This document shows positions 38,860 through 52,931 of a stretch of DNA of 64,000 nucleotides, in pieces. Positions within the stretch are counted from its first letter, which is position 1, and every line of letters begins with the position of its first letter. A program made the position numbers and the translations under genes. The notes beneath the pieces were generated by a model. The model was not told the DNA's origin. It saw nothing but the letters and a program-made list of their open reading frames with translations, and ran no database searches. Source of the DNA: Malacoraja senta (lineage: Eukaryota); contig CM075989.1 of the NCBI GenBank assembly GCA_038087875.1, positions 8,930,001-8,994,000 of the forward strand, given 5' to 3'.

Positions 38860-39389
38860 AGGGGCTGTCCCACTTGGGCGACCTAATTGGCGAGTTTAGA
38901 AGAGTTTAGGAGAGTTTGGAAAAATGTCAGGTTGAAGACCTCCTTCAACTATGTTGAAGACCAGCTTCGACTAGCTACGACTAACTTCGGGAAAATTGGA
39001 CACCGAATGGTGGAGAGTGAAGACGACCTCCTTCGATCTCCTTCGACCTCCCTTCGACTATGATGAAGACTATCTACGACTACCTTCGACTACCCTCGAT
39101 TACCTACGACTAACATGCCGACCTACTACGACCTACTACGACTAAACCTACGAGTAAAAAAAGTATCGATTTTTTCCATGGCGACCTTTTTTTACTCGCG
39201 GGCATTTTTCAACACGTTGAAAATAACGCCGCGACCGAGCTGAGGCCTCGAGTACACGGGGACTGCTCTCGAGCATGAAGGAGAGTTAGAAAGACCTCCT
39301 ACAACCTTGTGTCGACCATGCTGCGAGTATGAGTTGAGGGCAAACTCGCCAGAACTAGCGGATTAGGTCACCCAAGTGGGACAGCCCCT
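38860..39389 (+). mobile_element. PIF/Harbinger-type MITE family A (~530 bp)
   Basis: TIR aggggctgtcccacttgggcgacctaat at both ends, TAA TSD on both sides, internal CT(A/T)CGAC repeats. Confidence 0.9.
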
Positions 39390-42300
39390 TAACACCAGCC
39401 CTCGAGTGACACAGCTGGTGGAGCCCCTGTCTCACAGTTCTGGGAACCCGGTTTCAATCCTAACCTCCGAGGCTGTCTAAGTGCTGTTTGCATGTCCTCT
39501 CTTTAGGACTTTGGAGATTCAGTGTGGAAACAGGCCCTTCCGCCCACCAAGTCCACACCGACCCGTGATCCCCGCACACTGAAACTATCCTACCCACTAG
39601 GGACAATTTACAATTTTTACCCAAGCCCACAAATCTGTATATCTTTGGTGTTTGGGAGGAAACCGGAGCACCCAGCACGGTCGAATGGTTCAAAAGTTCT
39701 AGGAGCAGAATTAGGCCATTCGGCCCATCAAGTCTACTCTGCCATTCAATCATGGCTGATCTATCTTTCCCTCTCAACCCCATTCTCCTGCCTTCCCTCC
39801 TTAACCGCTGACACCTCTCTCTACATTGCCCAAGTGTGTAAGCGAGTGGCAGAACGGGGCAGTTGATGGAAATGTGGGGAGAATAAAACAGGATTAGTGT
39901 CAATGGGTGGCCGTGATCAGCACAAACTCGATGGGCCAAATGGTCAGTGTTAAAACTGTATCTCCTTTAAAACTGAAGCATTTTGTTTACACTGGATCCT
40001 CTCATTCTTTCTTCGTGAGGCTGTTCTATTACTGTTTGTACTCCTCGACATCATCGTTTGATTGTGCCACCAGAAGAAAGTGGGATCAGCCATCAGCAAT
40101 GTTTTGCAAATTAGCGCCAGTTTTGTGCGGAGATCTCTACCCACCTGGTACTCAACGAAGTCTGTCTAAACCCATTACACGGAGGACCCCCTTCCCTTCT
40201 TCCACACTTTCTGCCTTTCCTTCCACCTTCCCAGATAACCTTCTGCCATGCACCCATCTGCCTGCCAGCTGGCGTCTGCCAGCACCGCAGGGTAGACCAC
40301 AAAGAGACGTCGAGGTGCACGTGTGCCAACCATCACAGGGACTGGAGTGGTTAATGAAGGCTGGAGCGCATAAGCAGGCATTTCGAGTACGAGGAAGCTT
40401 TGCAAAAAACCTTCAGTAAACAGCAGCTGGAGGAGCCTTGTGTCCTATTCTGATCACTACTCTTTTTTTAAAAAGCGAAGGCTTTGTCCAGGCTATGGAA
40501 GAGGTTTACTGGACCAGTTCCAGGCTTCAAATGGATTACAGCATGACTATAATTACGACGGGGAATCTGGGGTTGTTCTTCATACAGTTAAAGTTAAAAA
40601 GGAAATCTGATCATTGATAAAAGAAAGTGGTTGATACAATTTGCTGATAAGTGGATAATCCAACAACACAGATTTGAGGCGATTGGCGATGAAACTGGAG
40701 ACACCGTGAGGAGAAACAATACTGAATTTCAAATACTCCGGAGAATCAAAGCATATTTTGGGAAGGACACGGAATTACAGTGCGTTCGCTGTTGGGACCT
40801 TCTCCCACCTCCTTGTTTCAAAGAGTTCTGGGTCCAAATCCCACTTGGACATCCGAGCACCAGAATCTAAGCCGACGCACCAGAGCCTTTTCACTGCATC
40901 TCGATACGAGCGGCAGTGATGAACCTGCACCAATACCATCCCTAAATGTGGGCGGCATTAGTACAGCAGCTGCCACACAACTCCAGCTACCTGGATTCAA
41001 TCCCGACTTCGGGCCTTAGTCCGAATGGAGTTTCCTCCCACATCCGAAAGGTGTGTGTCAGTCGGTAGATTAAACTGGCCGCTGTAAATTAAACCACTCA
41101 TCCAGTGTGTCGGAGAATGGTGAAATCTGGGACGGGTTGTGGGAACGGGTGGGGCTGGGAGATCGAGGGGAGTTTTTAAAATAAAGGGATTAGTGTGAAT
41201 GGGGGCTTGAGGGCCATCGTGGTGCCGATGGACTGAAGGGCCTGTTTCTGCGGTGTCTGTTCCCTCTGGTGAATCTATTCTCACTGCTCTGTCCCCACGT
41301 ACAATGTTTACACTCGGTGCAATATTATGAAGCACAATTTTGGCTCGTTTAAATGTTCTCCCACTTTTGGTCGCTCCACTGCCTGGAAGATTCAATCCAA
41401 TCTTCTCCAGCACAATCTCCGGTCATCGAGACGCTGATCCTGGCAGATTTCTCCAGGTCCAATCTCTACCATACTGTTCAGTATTAGCCAGCGGCGCCCA
41501 TCACCAGACTCGGATGGAAGCCCATACTACGCAGTTGAAGCCGTCTTAAGCTGCTTCTTATTTTGTAGCTGCCCATCGGAAAACCAGCCCACACATCTCC
41601 CCCTCCACCTCCCCAAAAAATCGACAGCAATAACCTCAACCAGCTCGCAAAAACTGGAGCTTTCACAGGACCTGGAGGTCACTGCAAGATCACATTCATC
41701 CCCATAATTACAGCCCCCCAAACTAAATGGCTTCCTATTCTATTTCCCAGGACATTTACTATGAATAAATAAAGAACTGCAGATGCTGGTTTATACCAAT
41801 GATAGACACAAAGTGCTGGAGTAACTCAGCGAGTCAGGCAGCATCTCTGGAGAAAAGTATGGGTGACGTTTCGGGTCGGGACCCTTCATCAGAGGAAGCG
41901 CCCAAGCTGAAATGTCACCCATCCTTTTTCTCCAGAGATACCTTTAGAACCTTTAGGAAGGAGATGAGGAGGGTGGTGAATCTGTGGAATTCATTGCCTC
42001 AGACGGCTGTGGAGGCCATTCAATGGATATATTTAAGGCGGAGATTGACAGATTCTTGGTTAGTAAGGGTTATGGTGAGTAGGTAAGAGAAAGGGGTTGA
42101 GAGGGAAAGATAGATCAGCCATGATTGAATGGCAGAGTAGACATGACGGGCCGAATGGCCTAATTCCACTCCTATAACTTATGAAAATGAGTTGCTGCCT
42201 GACCTGCAGAATTACTCCAGCACTTGGCGTCTATCTTTGACATTTATTATGAGTCTGGCATCACAAGCTAGAACAAGTAAGGTTGTCAGATTTCCTCCCC

Positions 42301-43729
42301 TGAAGCAGATGAACGAACGAGATGGGCATTCCAGCAATCTAGTTATTGCACAGTTATTAACATGTTTAATCTTCAGTTGCAGCCAAAGTCTTGAAGAGAC
42401 TCAGTACATTTTCACATTTTCCCCACCCACGCAGATTTAGGAAGTGGTGGTGGGTGGGGAGGTCAGTAGGGATGGGGGGGGTGGGGGCAGGACTCTGCAT
42501 GGGGCACAGACGGGTTGCGCCAATGGTAAGAGTGGCTGGAGGTATAAATAGAGTGTTCCATTGGAATGTTGAGAGTCAGGGCTAGAGGATCAGAGTAGAG
42601 AGAGGATCTATTAGTGTAGATGGGACATGTTGGTCGGCATGGGCAAGTTGGGCCGAAGGGCCTGTTTCCACGCTGTTTTATCACATGCATTCCTAGTGCA
42701 ATTGACAGAGGCAGGGAGGCACAGCTGGTAGAGCTACAGCCTAACAATGCCACAGATCCAGGCTCGATCCTGACCTTGGGTGCTGTCTGTGTGGAGTTTT
42801 TGCATTCTCCCTGTGACCGTGTGGGTTTCCTCTGGGTGCCCTGGTTTCCTCCTACGTGCCATTGACGTGCAGGTTTGTAGGTTGAATGGCCCTCTGTAAA
42901 GTGCCCTCCCGGAGTGTGGGGAGTGGATGAGGAAGTGGAATAACATAGGACTAGTGTGAACGGTGATCGATGGACGGCATGGACTCGATGGGCCAAAGGG
43001 CCTGTTTCCGTGCAGTATCTCTCAATCGATTACATCGTGACAAACTCAGAAGTGCCCAACTGAACTTCCGAAGGGCAAGGAGAGGCTCAGATTGGACATT
43101 TTATCGTGTGTCAACCCAGGGGAAAAACCCCATCTTCAGTCACATCATTCTAATTGAAAACAGTCCGATACCACTAAAAGTTGAGCCGGATGTTGTTGTA
43201 ATGGTCCTAGTTAAGGTGAACACTGAGGAAGACCCCCCCCCTGCCCCGCTCATCTCAAAGTATTGCCAAGTGACCCTTTACGGGAGAGGGGAGGCAAGTC
43301 CCCACTAGATGTCTCAACTGAAAGATGAATGGGTAATTGAACAACAGCCTTCAATCCTCAAGATAGCACTCATGACAAATAGTTGGAGGAACACAAGAAT
43401 TCCAAAGAGCCATCCAAAATATTTACAAGACTTCAATTTTTTTTGCCAGCTCTTCGATGCCGTAAACTTTTGCTTCAAGAATGGTTTATGGATGGTCGTG
43501 AAAATCTCTGCCCGTGAAACCGACCTGATTAACTTGACCTGAGCACAAGAGTCAGGAGTAAGTTATGATTTAACTTGCAAGGGGGGAAGTGAGTCAAATA
43601 CTTCTGCGATCCCTGATCCAGTGAGGACAGTCCGAGCCCAGAAACAAATACAAGGCTCTGTGTGTGTGGTAAGAGTTTGTGATTTCCCATCTGGACATTT
43701 GGCTAAAGCGCGGTATCTGGGAAATGTTA

Positions 43730-44384
43730 GAAATGTAGAAACATAGAAAATAGGTGCAGGAGGGGGCCATTTGGCCCTTCGAGCCAGCACCGCCATTCAT
43801 TGTGATTATGGCTGATCATCCACAATCAGTAACCCGTGCCTGCCTTCTTCCCATAGCCCTTGATTCCGCTAGCCCCCAGAGCTCTATCTAACTCTCTTTT
43901 AAATTCATCTAGTGAATTGGCCTTCACTGCCTTCTGTGGCAGAGAATTCCACAAATTCACAACTCTCTGGGTGAAAATGTTTTTTCTCATCTCAGTTTTA
44001 AATGGCCTCCCCATTATTCTTAGACTGTGGCCCCTGGTTCTGGACTCCCCCAACATTGGGAACATTTTTCCTGCATCTAGCTTGTCCAGTCCTTTTATAA
44101 TTTTAGACATTTCTATAAGATCCCTTCTCATCCTTCTAACTTCCAGTGAATATAAGCCCAGTCTTTCCCATCTTTCCTCATATGACAGTCCTGTCATCCC
44201 GGGGATTAACCTTGTGAACCTACGCTGCACTGCCTCAATAGCAAGGATGTCCTTCCTCAAATCAGGAGACCAAAACTGAACACAATACTCCAGATGTGGT
44301 CTCACCAGGGTCCTGTACAACTGCAGAAGGACCTCTTTACTCCTATACTCAAATCCTCTCGTTATGAAGGCCAACGTGCCATTA
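43730..44384 (-). mobile_element. CR1 (HER1-like) LINE 3' fragment with an open 182-aa ORF2 C-terminus
   Basis: LYRTLVRPHLEYCVQFWSP...RGHSL...FTQRVVNLWNSLP are typical CR1 ORF2 motifs; 3'UTR and repeat tail follow. Confidence 0.95.
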
Positions 44385-45049
44385 TTAAATTAAGCCCAAG
44401 ATGTAACTGCTTTTGGAGAGCGAATGGGTGGATATTTTACAACAGGGTATATGGTACAGTCTTGGGTCCAGGCAACAGCAGAATAGTCTGAGCAAAAGGA
44501 TCAGGGAATTGGAATGGTGACCAAGAGCACGTAGATTTGTCACCAATTCCTTCTCTCCAGAGATGCTGCCTGTCCCGTTGAGTTACTCCAGCTTTTTGTG
44601 CATATATCTGGTTTAAACCAGCATCTGCAGTTCCTTCCTACACACCACTGAGGATACTGTAACAGAGGGATCAGGAGTTGTCCCAGTCACTCCAACCCCC
44701 CCCCCCCTCTTTCCCACTACGAGGGTCGTGGAAGAAACATGGCTCAATTTGAGTTTTAGTTTAGTTTATTGTCACTTGTACAAGATACAGTGAAAAGCTC
44801 TTGTTGCATGCTGACCAGTCAGCGGACAGACAATAAATGGTTACAATCGAGCCGTCAGTGTACGAATACATGATAAAGGGAACAACGTTCAGTGCAAGAT
44901 ACAGTCCAGTAAACACAGATCAACGATAGTCCAAGGGACTCTAAAGAGGTAGATAGTAGCTGAGGACTGCTCTCTGGTTGTTAGTAGGATGGTTCAGTTG
45001 CCTGATAATCAATAAGCATTCCCCCTTTGCCCCTTCCCCTACCCAACCC

Positions 45050-45613
45050 TGAGAAGATTACGGAGAGTCGGTTTGTCAAGGAGGACTCTCTCTAACTTCT
45101 ACAGGTGCACAGTAGAGAGCATGCTGACCGGTTGCATCGTGGCTTGGTTCGGCAACTTGAGCGCCCTGGAGAGGAAAAGACTACAAAAAGTAGTAAACAC
45201 TGCCCAGTCCATCATCGGCTCTGACCTCCCTTCCATCGAGGGGATCTACCACAGTCGCTGCCTCAAAAAGGCTGGCAGCATCATCAAGGACCCACACCAT
45301 CCTGGCCACACACTCATCTCCCTACTACCTTCAGGTAGAAGGTACAGGAGCCTGAAGACTGAAACGACCAGGTTCAGGAACAGCTACTTCCCCACAGCCA
45401 TCAGGCTATTAAACCTGGCTCGGACATAACACTGAACTTTACTAGCCAATACTGTTATTTGCACGTTATCAGTATATTGACCATTGTGTATATATTTATA
45501 GAATGCCTTGTAGTAAATGCCTGCTATGTTCTGTTGTGCTCAAGCAAAGCAAGAATTTCATTGTCCTACCAGGGACACATGACAATAAACTCACTTGACT
45601 TGACTTGACTTGA
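45050..45613 (+). mobile_element. Rex1/Babar-clade LINE 3' fragment
   Basis: FYRCTVESMLTGCIVAWFG...LPSGRRYRSL...RFRNSYFPTAIRLLN; (acttg)n tail. Confidence 0.9.
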
Positions 45614-46444
45614 ACCCCAACCCTGTAGTCTCCAGTCGGCTCCAGAATTCACTGCCTGGGCAATGCCGGAAGTAACTCAGAAGGGAAGAAGGGTAATACT
45701 AATGGAATGCTCTTTGTCTTTGCTTAAAGAACAAAGCGGGCCTGGTGTGGGGAGGCTACTGAGTACAAAGAGGGACAGGCAGGGTGGGTGGGGGGGGGGG
45801 GAGGGGAGGGACTGTATTGAATACTGTTGCATCTTTGTCAGTGCCTTTACGTGGTGACTATAGCATACTTGTACTGTATCTCCCTGCTGTATCAGGTCCA
45901 CATTACAATCAAGTATCAATCAATTAACAGGTTTTGGAGGGTGGGTGGACTTAGAATGGATGACATCCCACCAGGGCAGGATAACTGGAAGACAAAAGAG
46001 ACTACAGATAGACACACAAAGCGGGCCAGGCAGCATCTCTGGAGAGAAGGAATGGGTGATGTTTTGGGTTCATTCCCATCGATTCCCCCTCAGTTACCAC
46101 CACTCCCCTACTTTCCAGGGGCCGATTAACCTGCCAACCCGCCCAACCTTGGCATGTGGCAGGAAGCTGGAGCAACACAGGGAGAACATGCGAACTCCAC
46201 GCAAGCAGACAGCACCCGAGTCCAGGATTGAACATGGGTCACTGGAGGTGTGAGGTGCGACTCCACTGCGCTGTGCCACTGCGCTGTGCCATCATCAGTA
46301 GCTTCCAACCTGTGCAGCTTGATCCCACAGAACATGCATTGAAACAGGGCGATCCTGACTGGCATTTAACGCACCAAACAGGAAACCAACACCAAACCAT
46401 CACGAGCCTTTCCTCAGTCAGTGTCTTGTTGCGGCGTGAAAACT

Positions 46445-46760
46445 GAAAGACTTGAATTTCTATAGCGCCTTTCATGTGCCTTACACAATGTCCCAGAGTG
46501 GTTTCCTGACAATGAAATACTTCAGAAGTGCAGCCACTGTTGCAATGAATGCAACTCAGCATCTAGTTGGTGTAGAGCCAGCTCCTCCAAGCAGCAAGAC
46601 CATAAATGGCCCGGTCATCTGTGTTTGTGATGCTGGTGCAGGGGTGAATCTTCACCATGACATTGGCCCCCTTCCTCATCTGCACAGTAATTCCATGAGC
46701 AGATGCTGTGTGGGACTCCATCCGAGGCATGACATGACCCATCTAAAGACTGCTGGAAGT
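46445..46760 (-). mobile_element. Old DeuSINE (SacSINE1-like) 3' part
   Basis: Ends ..gaaaggcgctatagaaattcaagtctttc on the minus strand, a typical Deu/AmnSINE tail. Confidence 0.6.
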
Positions 46761-46976
46761 CAAGGGTCCATCACTTGGGGATTCAGGGGAACTCTGCTGC
46801 TGGAGGGGATTTTAATAGTGACTGGAGTCTGAAGGATGGCTCCCACCTGAATCGTCACCCATCCTTTTCCTCCAGAGATGCTGCCTGATCTGCTGAGATA
46901 CTCCAGCACTTTGTGTCTATCTTCTTTAATAGAGACTGGACCTCTTGCCTCTGTCCAGCTAACTGTGAGAGAGAGA

Positions 46977-46978
<2 letters not shown>

Positions 46979-47049
<71 letters not shown>

Positions 47050-47070
47050 ATACACACACATACACATACA

Positions 47071-47119
<49 letters not shown>

Positions 47120-47165
47120 ACACACACACACATACACACACATACACACACACACACACACACAT

Positions 47166-47259
<94 letters not shown>

Positions 47260-47295
47260 ACACATACACACACACACACATACACACACATAGAT

Positions 47296-47327
<32 letters not shown>

Positions 47328-47393
47328 ACACATACAGATACACACACACACACACACACATATACACATACACACACATACACACACATACAG

Positions 47394-47427
<34 letters not shown>

Positions 47428-47460
47428 ACACATACACACACACACACGCACACACACACA

Positions 47461-47507
<47 letters not shown>

Positions 47508-47575
47508 ACACATACACACACACACACATACACACACATACAGACACACACACATACACACACACACACACACAC
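46979..47575. repeat. ~600-bp imperfect (CA)n microsatellite
   Basis: Seen directly. Confidence 0.98.
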
Positions 47576-48041
47576 CCATCCTTGACGGCCCCTTACCCAT
47601 CCAAAGTGAAGAGACAAAGCTGGCGATTACTGATCCCCATCCCCCATCCACTTTACCCCACGACCCTCTATCTCCCCCGCCACACCTGCCACCCCCTCCC
47701 CTCTCTCTCTCTCCCTCCCCATTCCCAGGAAGGGGTCGAGTTTGAGGTGCGCACCCTTAGCTGCTCCTCGCCCACTGTCCGCGGGGGTGTGATGGATGGA
47801 TGGAGCCAGCGAGGCCGGGGCGGTGTACAGCAGCGGTGGCAGCCCTTCCCCTCCCCTCCCGTCCCCTCCATCCATCTCTGCTGCACTCCCACCGCAGCGT
47901 ATCTGCAACATCAACCCCCCCTTCCTCCTCCTCCATCATCCGATGTCCAGGCATCCTCTCGCTGGCTGAAACTCCACCAAACCAACAACAACAACAAAAC
48001 CACACAACATGAAAGCGAGCATTCAAATCTGCCAGTCCTAC

Positions 48042-48056
48042 CTTTGTGACAGTCAT
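48042..48056 (-). CDS. CORO2B: First coding exon of Coronin-2B (MTVTK), phase-0 donor; remaining exons lie beyond the left edge of the window
   Basis: Minus strand reads ATG ACT GTC ACA AAG|GTAGGA. From recall, human CORO2B begins MTVTK-MSWRPQY with MTVTK on a separate short first exon followed by a long intron. It lies in a transposon-free, relatively CpG-rich island. No MSWRP exon found in the window. Only 5 codons support the call. Confidence 0.8.
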
Positions 48057-48650
48057 GCAGATTGTGTTGTCTCGGTGCAGAGAGGGCTGGGCGAGTGCCA
48101 GGGAATATTGCAGAGGAGCTGGATCTTCTGTGATGAGCTGTGTGTGTGTGTGTGGACACTGGTCCTCCAGCAGACAGTCACTGCAAGCCCACAGACCCTT
48201 TCCAATCCGATTAAGCCAGTTTAACGTTGCTCATTGATGTCCGCTCTCATTTATAATGGATGTGTTCTTCCACTAGACCCGGGAGATGCACTACATGCAC
48301 AGAGGGAGAGAGAGAAAGAGGGAGAGGGAGAGAGAGTGAGAGTGAGAGGGAGAGGGAGAGAGAGTGAGAGTGAGAGAGAGTGTGAGAGGGAGAGGGAGAG
48401 GGAGAGGGAGAGAGTGAGAGTGAGGAGAGGGAGAGGGAGAGAGGGGATATTGTGTATGCAGCAGCGAGGAGAAAGCACAAACAAGCAGGAAGTAGAAGGA
48501 TTCTTGGCAGTTCGCTGCCTCTCAGTGTAACAATAGCACATTGCAGGGAGTGGAGCCGTTTCCCAGTGACAGAGAGAGGCTGGGATTGCTTCCCTTTCAG
48601 CTAGGGGTGGGCACTTATCGCAGCAACGCCGGGGAGCTGGGTTACAGAAG
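48057..48650 (-). promoter_or_regulatory. Putative 5'UTR and promoter of CORO2B exon 1
   Basis: Transposon-free unique sequence directly upstream of the MTVTK ATG. TATAAA on the minus strand at 48250-48255, GA/CT-rich tract ~48300-48445, ETS-like CAGGAAGT near 48486. TSS cannot be determined. Confidence 0.55.
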
Positions 48651-51600
48651 CCCCCCACCCCCCCCCCCAAACACAGCAAACTAACTACGCCCCATTCATA
48701 TTTCACACCCGGCTCCTCATGGTCTGAATGTGAAGGGTGCCCAAGGTTGAAGGCAGTTTGCTGGGTTGTTTGTGCCAGAGTGAACACTGGCCTCGCCAGC
48801 CCCTGCGGTCCATCCTCAATCCTTCACCTCCCTGGTTGTTTGTGGGAGATCTCTGACTCTGACTCTGCTCCTGATATAAATCCTCTCCCTTCCCGTTATG
48901 TTTCCCAGCCCCGCTCACTGCCTCGACCATTGTCTGATTTTTTTTACTGGGGGACAGGCCCTTCGGCCGATCGAATCGATGCCAGCCACTAAGCACCTAG
49001 ACGCAAGGTTTACACAAAAGGACACAAAGCACCGGAGTAACTCAGGCGGCATCTCTGGAGGACATGGAGAGGCGAAAAAACAGCACCTATCCATGTTTAG
49101 TGCAGTTTAGAGAGACGGCCCTTCAGCCCACACCAAGTCCACACCGACCAGTGCTGTCCTATACACTAGGGACACTTTACAGGGACAATGTAGCCGATTA
49201 ACCCGCAAACCCGCACGTCTTTGGGGGTGTGGAAGCAAACCGGAGCACCCGGGGGAAACCCGCGCGGTCACAGGGAGAACGTACAGACAGAATCCGCCGT
49301 CAGGATCGAACCCGGGTCTCTGGCGCTGTCAAAGGCAGCCGCGTCCGTTCTCCAGCGATGCTGCCCGACCCCCCGAGTTACCCCAGCGCTTTGTGACCCA
49401 TTTAATCCCGCTCCATTCTCCCCACGTTCCCATCAACTTCTACCCCTGACACAACATGGAACAGCACAGCAACAGGCCCTTCAGCCCCTTGGTCCCAATT
49501 TAAATGAATCCCATCTGCAGACACAACATGGTCTGTACACCGTATAGCACTATCTATGTCTGAATGCCTAGTGAACGGTGTTGCCCACCCACCAGAGACT
49601 GTCTACAGTGGGCACCCAGCCCCAGGGGATATGTGCAGGAAATCCCACAGGGACCCGCCGGTCAGGATCGAACCCGGGTCACTGGAGGTGTCAGGCAGCA
49701 GCGCTATATTCGCCCCGTTGCAGCAGCACTTGATGAGGGAAGTGGATTAACAATCTACCCACGGCTCATTGGGGAAATGAACAAATGTGGGTGGGGGGGG
49801 GGGGGGGGGGAGAGAAACTATATTCCAGTGGCGCCGGATGCAGCCTCTGGGCCCTCCGTGGTGTTTTGCAGCGAATGAAATCCTCTACCAAGTGTGGTCA
49901 CAGCGACGGGACTCGCTGCAGCCCATTGTACACCAATGGAGAAATAAAGAACTGCAGATGATGATTTGCTGAAGTGGAGGAATTGAACTGATGCTGCCTG
50001 ACCCGCTGAGTTGCTCCAGCACTTGGTGTCATAATAAGTTCATAATTTCTAGGAGTAAGATTAGGACCATCAAGTCTATTCCCCTATTCAATCATGGCTG
50101 ATCTATCCTGCCCTCTCAACCCCATTCTCCTGCCTTTTCCCCATAACCCCTGACAACCTTATACTAGTCAACAATTATTTTCCCCTTAAAAGTATCCATT
50201 GACTTGGCCTCCACAGCTGTCCGTGGCAAAGAACTCCACAGATTCACCACCTTGTCACTAAAGAAACTACTCCTCACCTCCCATCTAAAGGTACGTCCTT
50301 TTATTCTGTGGCTATGGCCTCAGGTCCTAGACGGAGAATAGTCCTATTGTGCAAACCAGCATCTGCAGTTCCTTGATTCTATATTTTCACTGCTCCCCTG
50401 AGAATCCCCTCAAGGGCATGAAACTCCAGAGATGATGCCTCTACACAAATGGAATAGTGATGACCTTGTTTCCTTCTTTGCCAAGAGCCTTGTTTGGAAG
50501 AAGAACAGTGGGCTGTCCGATATTTACTCCACTGCCAACGTCACCATGATCTAGGGTCAGTAGTGCCGGCCCATTGTGGAATCTTCCATTACTACAACTT
50601 TAGAAATGGTCTTCTTTGGCTGTCAGGAGGGGCTGAGATTGAGAAGGGCATTAGATAAGATTACATAGAAACATAGAAAATAGGTGCAGGAGGAGGCCAT
50701 TCGGCCCTTCGATCCAGCACCACCATTCATTGTGATCATGGCTGATCGTCCCCAATCAATAGCCCGTGCCTGCCTTCTCCCCATATCACTAGAATGAGGC
50801 CATTCTGCCCATTGAGTCCACTCTACCATTCGATCATGGCTGACCAACCTCTCCCTCTCAACCCCAATCCCGTGCCTTCTCATGGTAATCTCTGACACCC
50901 TGACTAATCGAGAACCTATCAATCTCCACTTTAATCAATTCCGCAGATTCACCACATTGTAGCTAAAGACATTCCTCCTCATCTTCATTCTATAGGTACA
51001 TCCTTTTTATTTCGAGGCTATGCCCTTTGGTTCTGGACCCTCTTAGATGGGGCCTATCTGTCTCAAACTGGTCCGAGTCACACATCACCCTTGCCCGTGA
51101 GAAGCAAGGAGATGGGCTGCAGGAAGCAGCGTGCTTTAGGCCATTTAAATCGCTGTGTGATCCCACCTACTGACACACCAGCCCTTGATTGTTGAATTAA
51201 TGAACAGCCAAAACTGGCTTCTCCATTTCCTCCTCCATTTCCTTCCTCACGTGGGTGACCCCAGTTGATTCACAAATCGCGCCACTGACCAGGTCATTCC
51301 CTTTATCCGGAGCTCAGTTCAAATAACAATCCATCTGCATTCCTTGGTCGCAGTGCTGGGAAACCTGCAGCTTTAAAAGGGAAGCAGGTGACTTGCTCAT
51401 TCGCCATATATTGTGTGGAACAGAAAGCGCTGGAGTAACTCAGCGGATCAGGCAGCATCTCTGGAGGACAAGTATAGGTGATGTTTTGGGTTGAGACCCT
51501 TCTTCAGACGGGTCTCGACCCGAGACGTCACCTATTCCTTTTCTCCAGAGACCCGCTGAATTACTCCAGCCTTTTGTGCCTCACATTGCACGCTTTTGTT

Positions 51601-51996
51601 TACTGTGGTACACGTGATGCGTGAAGCCACTCGTGGTTAATCTGCTGCCTGCAGCAAGGGCTGTGATCGGTGCCAGTCCAGTGTTGCCCAGAGTAAGCCA
51701 GTGCAACATCCGTCTCCTGTGGCATCTGGACAACTACATTAGTGCCTGGATTCACCGGTGAATGGATTTCTGCTTCACCCACAGAACTGTACCTCAGACC
51801 TCTCTGCCCCAGAGAACTGAAGGTTACAGAAGGATATTTCATCGTGCAGTATAAAGCAATGAATCGGTTAATTTGCCTGTTGCTAATGTGCTTAACAGAG
51901 CTGAACCGAACATACTCATTGTTTTTGTTTCTCATCATCTCCTTCAGAATATGTTTCTCACTCTCATTGGCTTTTGTCATTCTCTCTCCCCATGGT

Positions 51997-52030
<34 letters not shown>

Positions 52031-52626
52031 CACTCTCCCAATCTACCACTCCTCTTTGTGCTTGGTCGTTTTGTCACTGTTTACCCACTGCACACTTGCT
52101 CTGACTCTTTCGTTTACAGTATGTTTCACCTACTCTCTGCATTTCTCTCTGTGTCTGTTTCTGTCTCTGTTTCTGTCTGTTTCTGTCTCCGTCTCTGTCT
52201 CTGTCTCTCCCTCGCTGACTCACTCACTCTCTGTCTGTCTGTCCGTCCCTCCCTCCCTCCCCTCCCTCCCTCCCTCTCCCTCTCCCTCACTCACTCCCAA
52301 TGCTTTACGTACAGCTTGTGCCACAGAACATTGTATAAAATGTTCAACAATTATTGCAAATTAGTAGCTACACTCCTGATTAAGTAGGAATTGACCTCAG
52401 TTTCAGAACATTTTGTTAAAGGAAGACCCTGCCAACTCGTGTGACTGGTTCCTGCCAGCTGCAATATTTTTCCTGACAGCCGTGGTTAATTTAAGGCAAG
52501 GCAAAGGGAGCAAGGCACAGTAAACATGAACGAGGCCTCTCCCGTGTGTCGTGTTGTTACTGAGACAGTGGGAGTTTGACTGTATCCTCTCTAACCTCAA
52601 AACAAAGAACGCAACCCATTATCAAG

Positions 52627-52748
52627 GATACACACAAAATGCTGGAGTAACTCAGCGGGACAGGCACCATCTCTGGAGAGAAGGAATGGGTGACATTTCG
52701 GGTCATGACCCTTCTTCATACTCTGAAGAAGGGTCTCGACCAGAAACG

Positions 52749-52780
<32 letters not shown>

Positions 52781-52931
52781 ATGGCAGGGAGAATGGGAGG
52801 GAGAGAGAGAGAGAGACTCAGAAATCTCGACCCAAAACATCACCCATTCCTTCTCTCCAGAGATGCTGGTTGTCCTCCAGCATTTTGTGTCTATCTTCAA
52901 TTTAAACCAGCATCTGCAGTTCCTTCCTACA
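52627..52931. mobile_element. Fold-back PLE-derived element interrupted by a GA-rich tract
   Basis: Arms flank an (AG)n insert at 52751-52816 that begins right after GAAACGTC. Confidence 0.8.

Noticed and set aside
46760..47651. Long VC/HT-repeat ORFs on both strands
   Set aside because: Artefacts of the (CA)n tract
47757..48041. Continuation of the 99-aa MTVTKVGLAD... ORF
   Set aside because: A GT donor follows codon 5 and the remainder is low-complexity, intron-like sequence
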